A stretch of DNA of 64,000 nt. Source: Lytechinus pictus. Taxonomy: Eukaryota. Shown here in pieces: positions 36,361-51,122 of the stretch (position 1 is its first letter; every line of letters begins with the position of its first letter). Below the pieces are notes generated by a model. That model was not told where the DNA came from. It saw nothing but the letters and a program-made list of their open reading frames with translations, and ran no database searches. The stretch covers positions 8,992,001-9,056,000 of the forward strand of contig NC_087263.1 of the NCBI RefSeq assembly GCF_037042905.1. The letters are read 5' to 3'. Both the position numbers and the translations under genes were made by a program.

Positions 36361-38136
36361 TGTCCTGGATTGATGATAAGATGACGACAACGATCATGAT
36401 GATGACAATGACGATGGAGAAGATAACAATGCTAAGAAGAAGTGAAGTATTAATTACTGACGACTTTGGCTGACGGGCCAATTGTAATTCAAAAGGTCAT
36501 TTTCTAGACAGAGTTGGCATGGAAAAGGAGACATTCCTAATCTTTCTCGATAAGCTTATGTTTCTCTTAATCTAACAATTTGGCATTGTTGGTAACTATG
36601 AATTAATGATTAACAGAAACATCTGAAAGTTCTTGATCTCCCTAGGACCTTGTTTTCCTATCTCTCTTTCTTCTTCTCCGTCTTCTCTTTTAGCGATATT
36701 TTTTTACTTCTCACTCTTCTTTTCTCCTACTCCTAAGTCCTTCTCCTCCTTGCTTTTCTTCTTTTTTTCTTCTTCATCATCATCTTCTTCTACTACTTCT
36801 CCTTATTCTTAATCTTTTTTCTCCTCCTCCCCCTCCTTCTTCTTCTTCTGCGTTTCCTACTTCTTTGTCCTCTCCCTCTCCCTCAATCTCTCTCTGCTTC
36901 CCATACAAACATGATCAGTAAGCTTCCCTGGCCAGGTCACGTGACCTCAATCTGTCACCCTCACGTTGATAAGATTTTTGGCTTCCGAACTTGGCGCGAA
37001 GTCACCCCCTCAATCATGGAACGGTGTGATTTTAAAGAAATGTTTCAAAGTAGAGACAGATAGAAAGATCGAACATTTTGAATACAATTTATAGGTGTTG
37101 GTTTTCCTTTGATAGCTCCATTCGCTTTACTTATAATGTTTTTCTTTTAATTATTTCCCTTAACTCCCCTCTGTGGCATTTTGAATAATTAGACGTAGAT
37201 ACTATAGACAGCAATGAATTGGACTTTACGTAATTATTACAATTATCTGTTATTTGTCTAATATTGTTATAGTTCATGAGAAATATGCACTTCTCCAAAG
37301 ATTAGTTTTGATATGTGCAAAGCATTTTGATGACAGTAGCACTTATGCGCGTCCTGTCAAAGTTTCTAAGTCAATTCTTTGAGCGGTCAATATTTTTTTT
37401 TCATTTTGTAGTAATTCTTTGCTACTTTGACAAAGTATTAGTTCTGCTTTACACATGTTTATGATTACCATAAATCTCTACATTTCAATGATAGTCATAC
37501 AGATTTGACCCACGCTAAAATGATTTCCAATATTTCAAGTGTATCACCAAAAACGGTGGAAATTTAAATTATTGGCTAGGATATTCTAATATAAGAAGAA
37601 TTGAGCCATTAACAGATATCCCGACGTTTGTACCTTTGTTAAACCAAGGTCCGGTTTCATAAATGTTTTTAAGAAATGCATTGTTTGATTGAGTGATTTC
37701 AGTAGCTTTAAACTGTTATTGCAAATTTGTTATTATAACACATTTTATGAAACGTTCCCGAGAACTATCAATAAATGTATTATTGACTTACCAAGATTAA
37801 ATAGAGAAAGTGTAAATATTATGTATAATGCAATATTAAAAGTGCCAAAGTTACATCTTATACATGTTATACAGATACATCAACCAACATGGAGTTTAAT
37901 AGGATCTGTGTATTGTAAATATTTCGATGTATAAAAAGTGCAATAAAAGGAAATACTATTCAGATTTTTTCAACTTTAAAACTTATCACTGTTTGTGCTT
38001 CATGGTTTTTCTATTATGATTAATGTATTCGTTGTTAAGCATATACGTTTTGGTCTCACACGGAAACTTAAGACCCTTGACCCAAAAAATAAACAGAGGT
38101 TAAAGTATTGATGTAGTTGCGTAATATAATTTGTAT

Positions 38137-38482
38137 AGGGCAATTTCTAATTTGTCTAATTACCAACTCATCTACTATCAGTTTACCATCAGTTCGTCCA
38201 CTATCCACATGGTCTAAAATGCCAAGTCGTCCACACTCAATTTCCTGTAATAAACAGTTGGTCCAATAGCCATTTAGTCTGTATACCATTTGGTCTGATT
38301 GGACTAAGTGCAAAATTAATGAAAATGACCAACTGGTTATGAAACGAAATGGTACTAAAACGAAGTGATGATTGGATCAAATGGTTATTGGACCAAATGG
38401 TTGTTAGACGAAATGTTGATGGATGGAATGGCATTAGACTAAATGGAAGTAGACTACGTGGTGAGTGGACGAGTTGGCAATT
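38137..38482. mobile_element. Degenerate palindromic repeat/MITE (TTGGTC / TAGAC subrepeats)
   Basis: AATTACCAACTCATCTACT...AGTGGACGAGTTGGCAATT inverted ends with internal short repeats. Confidence 0.6.
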
Positions 38483-39342
38483 TTTTACCTAAGTATGTGG
38501 GGTGTGCTTGGTTGTGTACGTTTATTCCAATGGACTGACATTTCATTCCGCTGACGACTATAATCATCGTAATTTTTCAGTTTGAACAAACATCAAAATA
38601 ATGAAATTTTCAACATTATACCATGGCAACTGAATGTTTATGATATGGTAGCGAGTAACATTATCAATATACCGTCGAAAAAACGTTTTTATTGGGGGCA
38701 TTGTCCACATTAGCTCGGAGTACAGAAAGAAAGTGGTGACACGATGCACCACTGTGTAACACCTCTTTCCGATATTGATAATCCCGTTGGTTCAGATACA
38801 TGATTTATAAAACTGCTTTGTAGATCCAAACAAATTGAAAAGTTACATTCTCAAATGTGCAGCAAAGTGCAATTTTATTGGTCTTTCCTTTCAAATTTAG
38901 TCCTTGCATTGTTTCGATTTTTTGTTTTGTTTTTTTGCTTTTGTAATTGTTAGCCATTTACATTAATTACAAATAATGTGAGCTTGCGATCAAATTCAAA
39001 GAATAGTAATGAAAATATTTATCATCGGCGATATATCTGTAGAATTGAATCGTCTACTCGATTTCACTGAGTGATTTCAAGTTGAATGTTGACGTTTTGG
39101 AGTTGCTGTTGAGCCAATAAAATATCAGGACAGCATAAAATTCTGAAATAAAGATGGTCCTATATGACGAATTTCACTAGGATTGATTGGGCTGTATTAT
39201 TGTAGGCGAAAATTTGCATAATTTTTTTTTGTGGTAATCTCACATGAAAGTTTTGAAGTTCGGGACAGCAAGCGGAAATGTGCTTCAAACACAAGCACCG
39301 AGGCAACACCGAACATAAAATCACTCATTGTAACTTTCTTAA

Positions 39343-39902
39343 AGTTCAAGTCCACCCCAGAAAATGTTGATTTGAGTCAATAAAGAGAAATTAAACAAGT
39401 ATGACGCTGAAAATTCATCAAAATTGGATGTAAGATAAGATATTGGATGTAAGTTATGGCATTTTAAAGTTTCGCTCATTTCTATAAAACAATAATATGT
39501 GCACAGCTCAGTGACAAATTTGTATTTTATTGTTTGTATTATACAATATTTCATTTTTTACAGATTTGACAATTTATAAAGACTGAACCATAAAATGATA
39601 AATTTCCACAATGTTCAGGGAGGAAGAAAACTTTGTTTCACAGGAGAATGAGGAGAAAATTTGAATATTTTATATTTTATAATAATGTAATACAATTTAA
39701 ATAGTGAGTGGGTGACGTCATCAGCCTGTTCATTTGCATACCGACAAGGATGTGCATATAACTGTTAAGAAAAATTAAGCGAACCTTTACAATGTCGTAA
39801 CTTTCTTATTTTACATCCGATTTTGATGAAATTTTCAGTGTTATGCTTGTTGAACTTTTCTCCTTTTATTCAAATCGACTTTTTGTGGGGTTAACTTGTC
39901 CT
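39343..39902. mobile_element. Kolobok-like non-autonomous DNA transposon
   Basis: TTAA|AGTTCAAGTCCACCCC...GGGGTTAACTTGTCCT|TTAA: TTAA target site with AG...CT termini. Confidence 0.7.
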
Positions 39903-40019
39903 TTAAATGTATTAGCAAAATGCAAGGTCTCGAGCAATGTTGTTTTGGCATGTCAGATATCACGTTCCCTCAGGAAACGACGACGTCATCTAGGTAGTTA
40001 GCAGGAAGCTAGGAGGAGG

Positions 40020-40900
40020 GCAGGTGCCAAGAAATCAGTCAGGGGGTATGATAGAGAGTTGAAAGAGATGAAGGCGGTGAAACACAGAATAAGAGGAGAG
40101 GAGGAATAAGAGAGAAAGGGACAAGGAGAGGAAAGAGTGAAATGGAAGAGTGATAGAAAGAAAAAGAGAGAGGGAGAAGAGGGGGGATATTATGAGGGAT
40201 TAGAGAGAGTGGAGAGGGAGACACTCAGAGAAAGAGAAAAGAAAGGGCATCGAGAGAGAAATTTTCACGATGCATGTGCAGGAGGGGAGGAGTCAATTTG
40301 AGGTTAAAGTTAGTTGGGAAAAGATTTGGAGTGCATGGGGGCCAAGAAATTAAGTGAGGAGGGGGCATGACACAGAGTTGGGAGAGTAGAGGCGATGAAA
40401 CATAGGAGGAAATAGAGAAGGGGTATATGGAAGAAAAAAAAGAGAAATTAGGGAGAAAGAGGAGAGAGAAGGGATAAGAGGGGGAGGGGTGTCGAGAAAA
40501 GAAAACTTTCACGATGCATGTGCAGGTGGGGAGTCAATTTGGTGTGAAAGTTAGATGGGGAAAGTTCGGGAGAGCAGGTGCTAAGAAATTAGTGAGCTAG
40601 GGGCGTGGCAGAGAGTTGGAAGAGAAGAGGCGATGAAACACGGGAGGAAAGGGAGAAGGGGTAGGAAAGGAGAAGAAAAGAGAGGAGAAAGAGGGGGGAG
40701 ATATAAAGTAAGAAATAAAGAGAGAGTGGGAGAAGCAGTGAGAGAAAGATAAAGGTGCAGAGGTAGAGAGGGGTGGAGACAGAGACGATGTGAGAGAGGG
40801 CGCGTAAAAAAAGATAAAAGAAAACTTTCATGATGCAAGTGCAGGGGATTGGTCAATTTGGGGATAATTTCAGATGGGAAAAGTTTTGGACGCCAGAAGA
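40020..40900. repeat. Purine-rich tandem repeat, about 3 units of 240-320 bp
   Basis: Core TTTCA(C/T)GATGCA(T/A)GTGCAGG...GTCAATTTG recurs near 40262, 40507 and 40826, separated by GA-rich spacers. Confidence 0.75.
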
Positions 40901-41294
40901 ATATAAGTTATTAAAGTACATTTCTCGTCAGGATAACATATATTTTATGTACATCGCACTTCTCCGGAACATGAAAGCCACGGTCGAGTATCGGGTGTAT
41001 TTTAGACTCCAAAATTTACCTTCAAATTTCTCGCTGAAGCCATTTTGACTGGGGTACAAAACCTATGGCAGGTCAAATGTCACTAAATAGTACGCTCTCT
41101 GGCTCTCTTCGAGAGCATGTGAATCCCCTGTAAGCAATATCACATATCACTATAATCACCATCCCTACCGCCACCATCATCTCCATCATTACAAGTATCA
41201 CCACCAATATCACGTCTATATTTGATGATATTCCTCTCTAATATTCTTTTGCTTTTCATCATTTCCACCACCTTCCTCCTTCATCTTCTCATGT

Positions 41295-41568
41295 GGGCGT
41301 GTCGTGGTCTAGTGGTTCTTACTATCGCCTTTCAGAGGGTCATATGTTCAAATCCTAGCCATGGCGTGTTTTCCTTCAATAAGAAATTTATCCATACTGT
41401 GCTGCACTCGATCCAGGTTAGGTGAATGGGTACCCGGCAGAACTGATTCCTTGCATGCACCGAGCGCCGGTGATGGTAGCTCGAGCTAAAGCCGGGGTAA
41501 TAATAGCAAGCGCTTTGTATCCTCAGGCAAAAAGCACTATATAAATCCAGCTAGTATTTTATTATTAT
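41295..41568 (+). mobile_element. tRNA-derived SINE
   Basis: GTGGTCTAGTGG A-box, GTTCAAATCC B-box, GGTGAATGGGTACC core, ATT-rich tail. Confidence 0.8.
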
Positions 41569-41569
41569 A

Positions 41570-41950
41570 ATAACCATCATCATAACCATGGCCATCATGA
41601 TGCTCCTCTTCATCATCACCATCCTCGTCATCATGATCATTATCATTATGATCATCCTCATCATCGTAATTGTCATCTTTGTCATCATCACCACCATCCT
41701 CATCATTATGGCCATTGTCATTATCATCATCACTATCATCATTATCATCAACACCTTCGCAAACACTATCATCACGATTATAATCATCCTCATCACCATC
41801 ATCTTCATCAACATCATCATAATCTTCTTCTTCATCATCATCTTCGTCATCAACAACATCATCATCACCACCATCCTCTTCATCATCATCATCATCATCA
41901 TCACCATCATCATCTTCATCATCATCTTCATCATCATAATCATCACTATT
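41570..41950. repeat. (CAT)n degenerate microsatellite
   Basis: Direct observation; source of the spurious poly-Met and poly-Ile ORFs. Confidence 0.95.
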
Positions 41951-43937
41951 ACCAGCATACTATGGTAATTGTCAACATCTACAAATGATCATCACCACTA
42001 CAGTATCTCTGTTTTAACATTAATAAACCAACAACAACAACAAAAACATGTAGACAGTTGAAATCTTTATCTATCCCACATATATTACTCTAAATCTTCA
42101 AACATAATAAGAATAATAACAATAATCATCATCATCAGTATCATAATGCAAAGACATTCACAGTGTATAATAATGTACATTATTTCATGATAAAAGGGGT
42201 TTATACACCTCCAAGTGGCTTTCATTCTAGCAGTAAAACACCACTCCAAACCGGTATACCAAAGATAATTATTGTCATCCTGCACGCAGAATACCTCACA
42301 GATTCTCGAAAATAAAAACATCTTTAATTCACATAGCGACTCCGCAGCCATATTTACATGCAAATCATAGAAGCAAATAACAGCAACAAAAATAAAAAAT
42401 AAAAATTATGCGTTCTCAATTTGAGAATTAATTCCAATCCAAACATTTACATGACTCAAAATCAAATATTCCTATGTAAATAAAGTAACATATTTTCTAC
42501 TTTTTCTCCACAGACATAGGTACATAATTACAATGAAAGCATACAAGTGGCTGGAAAAAAAAGAGATAAATATGCATTTATAAATCAGGTAAAAGACAAA
42601 AGCAATAGAAGCATAATTCATAAAAACACTCAGAAGCTGTATTGCTAGAGTTGTCCTGAAAATATCAATAATAATTGTTTCAACATTACTTTAATTTCAT
42701 TCATGGCAAAATATGGCTTTGCAGGCAATCAGAGATATATAGAGAGGAACAGCAAACTTGGAAAATTAGAGTTATTTCTCACAAGATTTTGACTAAATTA
42801 GCAGATGATATATAGGATTGGGTGGGTTGATGATGGAGATGTACATGTATATGAGTTTTAGATGGTTAACAAGAAATGTAGGATGAACATGATCAGGACA
42901 AACGTAGAGACTGAAAAATTGACTAAAAGATAGATTAGTATTTCAATGATTAAAGAAGAGACAAAATAGATAGATGGATGGATATAGAAAAGATAGATGG
43001 GTGGCTAGATGGATAGTAAGAAAGATAGATAGATAGAGAGAGAGAGATAGATAGATAGATAGATAGATGGGTATACAGAAGAAAAACAAGTCAGGGAGAC
43101 CGATTAGAAAATAACGTACATAGTAAAAGATAAACAGTACATGCTGGACAGAAACGAGATATCAAAAGGAAGAAAAGATATTTGAAAATAAACTACCATG
43201 AAATTTGTCTCATTAAACTTTTGAAAAAGAGATATATTTGTCCTAAAATAGATAAGGAACACAGGAGCCTACACATCTAGCCCGTCCAGAAGAAATATGA
43301 TGTCACTTGTGAATTTAAGAAAATAATGACCAAGATTAATCATGAATTTAAATCCCCACAGTAAGAAATTAAAACTGAAAACATAAAAAATATAAAGAGG
43401 TACATGTACACTATATAGATCAACATGTAAATAACTGCTGAAAACAAATGCTTTACTGTATAAATTCAGGTCAAATATTGTTTCAAACATATAACAACTA
43501 ACCTATTCATGAAGCAACAGAAAATGCTCAGGTATATTCCATAATATTCTCCTCACTTTATGCTCGACTCATATAATTACATTCAACTAATAAAAATTTG
43601 AATACAACATATATAATTAAAGTAAATCATACACAAATGTACAAATACAAATACAAAACACATGAAACACAACATTTCACTGATGTTACACTTTCTTCAC
43701 AATGATACATAATTATTCTAAATCTGCATGGAAAATATATCAAATAAAAAATAAACTTGAACATTCCAACATCAATAAAATAAAGAGAAAAATGCATTTT
43801 TTTTTTAAATGTCAACAATCCACTTCCAAATTATTTACTACTGCATTTGCTTCAAAAGCTTGAAATTACTCCACTATTACAACTTAACCATGGTAAATAT
43901 AACTCATAGCACTGATGGGGATGATTAGACTTATAGC

Positions 43938-44338
43938 TCAAGCCCAGCACACACCATGCCACAAGATTACACTAAGATCCTATCGCAACAGAATAGCAGA
44001 GTGTGCGCCAACCTGCAACGCACTTCCATTGCGATCCGATTTGTTGCAAAAGAAACGCACACCAAATCTTAGACATCTGACTGCGTCCTGTGATTCTTCG
44101 TGATTTTGAGCGAATCAGATTTGTCCTAAACCATGACCTCACGGCCAATTTGCTGAGCTACATGTACTGCAGTGCAGACAACATACGCATAAAAGAGGAG
44201 GCGCTATAGAGATGCAGCGCATTGCAGATCTGTAGTAATGTGTGTGCTGGTCTGCGATTCGATTGCACCGAGATGCAATTGGCAACTTGTTTTGCAGTCG
44301 GATCAGCAAATTGAATCGCATAGTGTGCGCTAGGCTTT
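43938..44338. mobile_element. MITE AAGCCCAGCACACAC...GTGTGCGCTAGGCTT (second copy 51054-51778, opposite orientation)
   Basis: TIRs plus internal sequence shared between the two copies. Confidence 0.75.
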
Positions 44339-47300
44339 ATTTGAGTCAATTAGTGTGATTGACAACTTTACAGCTAGAGTTTTCATTTTCCTGTCAGAAT
44401 GTTGACAGATATCTTTCAGAGATGGCATTATGTTCACACTTTAAATGGACGACGCCACCATAGGTAATACTATAACAGCAATGAGTAAAACTCTTAAAAA
44501 TAATGCCAGGGCTACGCCAAGACTGAAAAAAAGAGTCGGCCCCCACTTCTTCGGAATACTACGATTCATTTCCTCCATCAATATCGATGAGAAAGATAAA
44601 TTCAATATTCATTTGTAACCAAAAACTTGTTCCATAAAAGTTCAGTTCGTACTCGTATAACCTGTTTCCTCCATTGTGTTTCATCATTCACCATTCATCT
44701 TGTCCTTGAAAGATATTAATGTGTAGGGCATATATGAGTTCCCAACGGACATCCCCATCAACGATTTCAGCCGTGCAAGGAATACCACCACCTGTATTTC
44801 AGCTCTGCTAAAAATCTTAAAGATTTTACCTTTAAGCAAAGAGGCATTATCATTTACAGTGTGTTTTCAGTGTAACAAAGCTTGTTACACCTTATACTCC
44901 TCAAATCTTAAAATATAAGGCCTTACCTGCTGAAAATAATAAAATAAAAACATTTTTTATATGATAACATAATTTTGATTGGCGCATATATTCTTTTTTT
45001 AATGAGAGCGCCGTTAAAAACCAATCAACAACAACAAATTAAAGCTAGTTATTCCAACAATAATTGCTGTTGAAAGCAAAATCACCATCTCAGATCCCTT
45101 TGCTTGAAGGTGTCCTAAACAGGTTGTTAGCCTCAAGCTCACAGTCCACTGCTGTTCCTATCTTAATATGTTTGTTGATGTTTTCTTATTACAGAGATAA
45201 CATTCACATCCTCAGGACACATACATCTTTTTAACACTTACACTGTTTTCAGGCTCTTCCTCCAGAGAGAACACACTCCACATCAAATTTAAGAAAATAT
45301 GACTTACCGCCTTTTTGTTCTATAATCACGCCACTCTGATCAAATACAAAACAAATATTATTGCAATCCTAAATTACAATTTACATTTACACATGTACAC
45401 AACCTTCTCAGAAGTTCCAATTAAAACAAATTTGTTACTTATATCAAAATAAATCTAATGATATAAAATTATATTTCATATACAATAAAATACTAAAACC
45501 TGTAAGTGCAAAATGATTGTGTAGAACCCTACATGGATACTGGTAAAAGTAAAATCCATCTTACTTCCCTAAAAAGAAAGCCACAAAGCACTAGATAATT
45601 TATTGCCACACTTATGCAATATTCAAATTACTTTATAGCTCTAATGACTAAAATGTGCACTACCAGATGGGAAAAAGAAGAAATTAAAAATGTATTCCAA
45701 TTTAAAAGCTGGGATAATAAGATAAATGCAATAATAAGCGTTGAAAGCCATGCGCTTATATCGTATCATATTTGAATCAATCCAATTTAGTTCAACCCTC
45801 ATAAAAGTAAAAAGAAAAAGAATTATAAAAAAAAATTGTAGCAAATTGATGCTGCCGCTTTGAAACATGTTAAAAACTTGATATGAAATTCAGAACTGTT
45901 CAACCATTGGATAACAGGCAACTAATTAATACATGAACATTTGATTTCGACAGAATGTATACATTAATACCCAAACAACCCACATCAAATGACATGTATG
46001 GGAATAGGTAAGGAAACAGGAAAGGGAAATTGAAGATTTTCCTACATATCGCTGTACATAAAATGAAAATTGACAACAATCAATATTTGCCATGAAAATA
46101 TTATAAAACCAATGTATTAAAAACATTGATATACACCTATGGCACAAACATACATGTAGAGTCCTATATCAAATGGTTCTTATAAAAAATTCAGAAATAG
46201 GGTAGAAATGTTCTCCTCTATCTAATAAATATACAATATGTACACTGATAGTTTTGCACTTGAAATAAGGATACTCCAAACATGTACATGGTACAAAAAA
46301 AGAGACACACATGAAAATGAGTGTGTGGGTCTACGTAATTTGACATAGACCGGTAAACAGCCCTTCTCTTTCCTATGGGTACCTTTCTGAGGGCTAAATT
46401 TGGTCAGAAATTAAAACACCACTCTCTTTCTTTGGTTATACATGTATATGGAGTGGTGCAAATATGGTAACACCAAGTAATAAGTAGTTGCAAAAGAATA
46501 GAGTTAATATGCAAGAAACAGCTCTTAAATATCATAAAATATGAACTCTCCAGTATTGAATGATAGTATTGATAAAGACAAACACTATTTTATTGGTAAC
46601 CTAATGATGGGTAACTGATAAAAGATGCATTATTGTAGCATCCATTAATATAAAAGTTAAATGCAAACGATATGTTCGGGGAAAAAAGTGATAATAGTTA
46701 ATAGAATTAAGGAAGAAAAATCAAGTGTGGCTACGCACTAAAGATTTATTGGGTATACATGCCAAGCCAACAACTTTTTGTATAATCATTTATACTATTC
46801 CTTGTTAATATGAGTGGTAAGTTTGTGTTAAAGCATGTTTTTGGAATATTGTGTTTGTACAATTATCAGAGGTTTCTGTTTTAATCTCCATTAGGGCATG
46901 TATGTGAATTAACCAAACTGCTTGGTTCAATTACAATAGTTTTTCTTTTAAACAGAAAATTAATTTGGCAATAATTCACCAATCAATAAATCAATATATT
47001 GATCTATGTAATTTTGAGAGAATTCATGATTTTGTTTTATTTCCATGTTTTATGTATTTTGAACAAGATGATCACTTTTTCATATAAATATGAAAAGTTT
47101 AGCGCTCATTATTGATATGTCAGCCGTTGATCATTTAAACTACCAAATTTTCAAAACATATTTTGATTTCCATCTGCAAAATTCAAACTTACTGATTTCT
47201 TGCAGATAAAGAGCTTGTACTGTACCTTGAGGTATATTCTTACAATGTATTTCTTCAAACCACTTAGAAATGTTTAACACCTTTTAAAAGAGGCACAAGA

Positions 47301-47545
47301 TGTCACCTATTGCTGCAGATATTTGCATTTTGTATATGGAGGTGACTTATGACCATTGACCCTCATGGATTACACTACTTTTAACAAGCAATGCTCTGAC
47401 TATATCTAATTTAATATTGTTCCTACATATTATTCTGGATGTTACACACTAGTTGGTCCTCTTTTACATTCCATCCTCTCCCATCCTCCAGTTTGACCTT
47501 TGATGACCTTTGAGCTTTGACATTTGACCCGAACCGGAGAGGTTT

Positions 47546-48514
47546 TCAGATATAGGTGACCTGTGAATGAAAGTATTGAACGCCATTGATGGGACTGGCT
47601 GGCTTGCGTGTTGGTGATGTCCGCACAGGGGAGACACCTGCAGGTCGAGCTGAAGCGGATGCTGCTGCTGCTCCGGGACTACGGCTGGGGCTAAAGCTCG
47701 GTTGCGACTGTGACCCTTCCCACGACGTCCTCTTCTGATATTGGATGGATGTCTTCTGTACTTCGAAGGACTGCAGGTTACCCAGGCTGGTGGGTTTGGT
47801 TGGGGGCGGAGGAGAGCTCAGCTGCGAAGAGGTTCCTGGAGCCTGTCCAGGCTCTGGGTAGGTCTTGAAGTTTGAGGAAGTATTGCCAATTTCAGTGCTT
47901 GCCGCTTGATCCAACCCTTGCGACATCCCCGTCACTCGGGGATCGTTCGTCACTCCGGTCACATAGAACATCCCGTCCTTCGCGTGAGCCGTTGGCGTTC
48001 CAACGGCTTCCAAAGACTCCTCCATGCTCTGCTCATAATGCGCATTGTAATAAACGTCCACATTATCGTAGAGGGACAGCCTTCGCTCACTGAGGTCAGT
48101 ATGGGCGGGGCTAGACGGGGGCAAACTCTGAGGGCGCTCATTAAGTGGAGATGCCTTCCCCGATCTCAGGGTGCCCTTCTCATTATTAGAGTTCTGCCTC
48201 CTGTACGTAACGTCCACACCGGACATGTCCTGGTAGGGGAACCCTTCGACAAACTCGCGACCCGTCGGTGTCAAATCGTTATTGCGACTGCTGCCGGGTT
48301 CCGACCTTGCGGGGGATCCGCCGCTGTTCTTAATGGCTTGCGTGCCCGAAGAACGAGCCGAGTATTGGCTTTCAAAGGAAGTCACACTGCTGTAGTAACT
48401 CTCTTCTGGTTTGCGTTTGTCCGGGGAGGTATTCTGAGATGTGCCGTTTGAAGCTGAAACAATGGTACTAGTAGGAGTCGGTGGTTGGGAAGATGATGAT
48501 GTTGACTGGGTAAC
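47546..48514 (-). CDS. USP6NL: USP6 N-terminal-like / RN-tre, last coding exon (Ser/Pro-rich tail, 322 aa)
   Basis: Acceptor TTTTATCAG|GTTACC in phase 0 extends ORF 48385-47546 by 43 codons. Contains SLYDNV, resembling the YDNV motif I recall in the USP6NL tail. Identity rests mainly on exon 63003-63151. Confidence 0.75.
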   Translation of the reverse strand, partial: VTQSTSSSSQPPTPTSTIVSASNGTSQNTSPDKRKPEESYYSSVTSFESQYSARSSGTQAIKNSGGSPARSEPGSSRNNDLTPTGREFVEGFPYQDMSGVDVTYRRQNSNNEKGTLRSGKASPLNERPQSLPPSSPAHTDLSERRLSLYDNVDVYYNAHYEQSMEESLEAVGTPTAHAKDGMFYVTGVTNDPRVTGMSQGLDQAASTEIGNTSSNFKTYPEPGQAPGTSSQLSSPPPPTKPTSLGNLQSFEVQKTSIQYQKRTSWEGSQSQPSFSPSRSPGAAAASASARPAGVSPVRTSPTRKPASPINGVQYFHSQVTYI

Positions 48515-49332
48515 CTGATAAAATGAAGAAAAAAAAAATAAGAATTCTTAGAAAGTGACATTCCCATGACGCAACACATCCACCTTGCAGAAATAATCAC
48601 AAAACAATGAAGATATCTCTTTTCAGAAAGTGACATATCACCACACACCAATCAGTAACAACATATAAAGTCAACTCCACTTTAATTCCATTTTTCCTAT
48701 CGTACAGACTGGATCCAATCTTAAGAAAAACATGAGAATAATTCACAACATTGTGATTGATTCTTACTGTTTTCTAAGAGAGATGTATTGAATAATTCCA
48801 TAAACTTGGATCATATGCATGAATTGGAAATATACAACATCATTTGACAAGAAAATGGAAGAACTTGTAATACAACACAAATATGATGTGACATTTTGAA
48901 GTGAACTGTGAACTGGTAAAGAGCACTATTGACGTGCAGTGGTGACATTGCACTAATTGCTCAGACCTAAAAGGAAAATGAACAATATATAAAGGACAAA
49001 GTGCTTAAAATGGGTGTTCCTGATGAAATGAAAGAGAACGACCCTCTGCTCTTGATGCTGTGGAAATGAAGCTGAAAGTAAAACGAGGAAAAGGAAATAT
49101 TCCTTTTTTGCTGTGATATTTTGTGATTTCAGTTTGCTCGATCTCCGTGAAATTTTCAGTTTTCTGCATCACAAAAAACCCAGGATTTCAATCAGGAATT
49201 CTCGCTCAGTCATACCCAAAGAATTTCAGAACAAAGTAAATATGTTGTCAAATGTCCATCATGACAAAGAACAACAAATTCTTTGTCAAAAATTGATGAA
49301 TCAAAACAGCATTCTAGTCCTTGATTATGGAT

Positions 49333-49499
49333 AATACCTCAGTCACATTTGCTCTATGGTGGTCGTCCAGCGAGTCAAAACAGCTGCTTTATTCATTTAT
49401 ATTCAAACCACCAATATGTAGCTAATACAACAAATGCTGAAACAGCCGTTTTCGACTCGCCGTACGGCCGCCGAAGAGCAAATGTGATTCGGGTATTAA
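49333..49499. mobile_element. Short palindromic MITE (possibly PIF/Harbinger-type)
   Basis: TAATACCTCAGTCACATTTGCTCT / AGAGCAAATGTGATTCGGGTATTA. Confidence 0.65.
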
Positions 49500-50229
49500 C
49501 GATACATTTCCAAGTTTACATCAGCTCTGAAACTAGGAAAAAAACTGCTGTTACTGTTCACCAGATTTCAAAAAACATCTTTGAGTTGCTCCTTGTCATT
49601 TGACAAATACCCTGGCCTTGAATACTCTGTACGTTGCTGAGTGAAAATGCCTGTGGATACTCACACAAAATACCGGTAATGGAACCGTCAAACCTTGCTT
49701 GTTATAATATCAATTTTTCTATATCTTTTTGATCTCTTCAGAAAATGAACAAGGAATACTTGGTACTAATGTATTGATTCAGGGATATTATTACATCAGG
49801 GGCAAGTTTCACAAAAACTATCTTTGACTGAAATTGTGTTTAATGATACAAGGTCATCCCCATGTCACAAATTTTAAAGGGTTTAAAAAAATTACCAGCG
49901 TATGGGCCCCCACACTGTCTTCAACCAAAACAAATAAAATTGAAGCAGAATGCATGCTTCTGATTGGTTGGTAATGAAGTTGTGATTGATTTTTTAATAT
50001 TGCATTTAAGCACATCCATTTGTGAAACAGGGTCAAGTTCCTGTAAATAAGCAATGGGTGTGATCAACAGGGTGGAATTGCAATGAAAAGAAAGATGAAG
50101 GAATGAGAGTGTTATTCAAAATATACATGTACAGCAGAGAGTTTTGTGATAATTTCCCTCTATATATATATTTTTAGGGGGGCGCTGAGAAAGCTCCCCA
50201 TATTTTTTTCATCCAGTACATCAAAGCTA

Positions 50230-50520
50230 TCGGCGTGTTTCTACAGAGAATCATTAAAAAAACGATTTATCTTTACCGGAATCGAACAACCGTATCGTCC
50301 TTAAACAACCTGTTTCTAGAGAGCGAATAATCCGATTAACTCGCATTCTGCGTCGCATATAAACAGATTAACACGGCAATAACCACCTCCCAGAGGTGGT
50401 TATGAGAAACCGTATTTATCAATAAACCGCATCAAGTCTGTTTCTATAGGGAAGTTTTTCAAAATTCTGGATACCTACGCGGGTAAAACCGTTCAACGAT
50501 TCTCTGTAGAAACACGCCGA
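50230..50520. mobile_element. MITE
   Basis: TIR TCGGCGTGTTTCTACAGAGAATC / GATTCTCTGTAGAAACACGCCGA. Confidence 0.8.
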
Positions 50521-51122
50521 ATGACTTACTATAACGCATACTTGTACATGATGCAGCATTTCAAAATTGTCAAGATGCAGATATAAAATCCATGCAAGTT
50601 AACTGTATGATGCATTCAAGCTTATCACGCTAATAAAGTATTAATATTCTACACCATTGTACATTATAGGCAAGCTCTCCAAAACTGATACAATTACAAA
50701 AGTCTTTTTTCCTATCAGGCTGTACTAAATCAGTACAAAAGCATCACTTTCCTTTTCATATTTCTTGCATGCTAACCATACAGAACTGATTTAGAATTAT
50801 GTTATCATCTACATGTATACATGTATTATGCAAATCTAAATGAGTGCAGGAGCCAGGGGGCATACATATTTTATTTCTAGCAGTGGTATAATACAAATGT
50901 CAAACATGCAATATTAGACTTCTTTTGTGAGGCTTTTTTATTCTACTTTATAAAAATAGATCAAAATTTGTTTTGAATGAAAGGGTGGAATACATTGAAC
51001 AATATGGATGTATTTGAATGACTTGTGCTATTTTCAGTCCAATACATCCTTAAATCCCAGCACACACAATGCGATGCAATTACACTAGGACTAGACTGGA
51101 ACAAAGTTGCCAATCGCAAATC

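Noticed and set aside
41551..41968. Poly-Met and poly-Ile ORFs
   Set aside because: Translation of a (CAT)n microsatellite.
47872..48451. + strand ORFs of 73 and 181 aa
   Set aside because: Antisense shadows of the USP6NL-like last exon.
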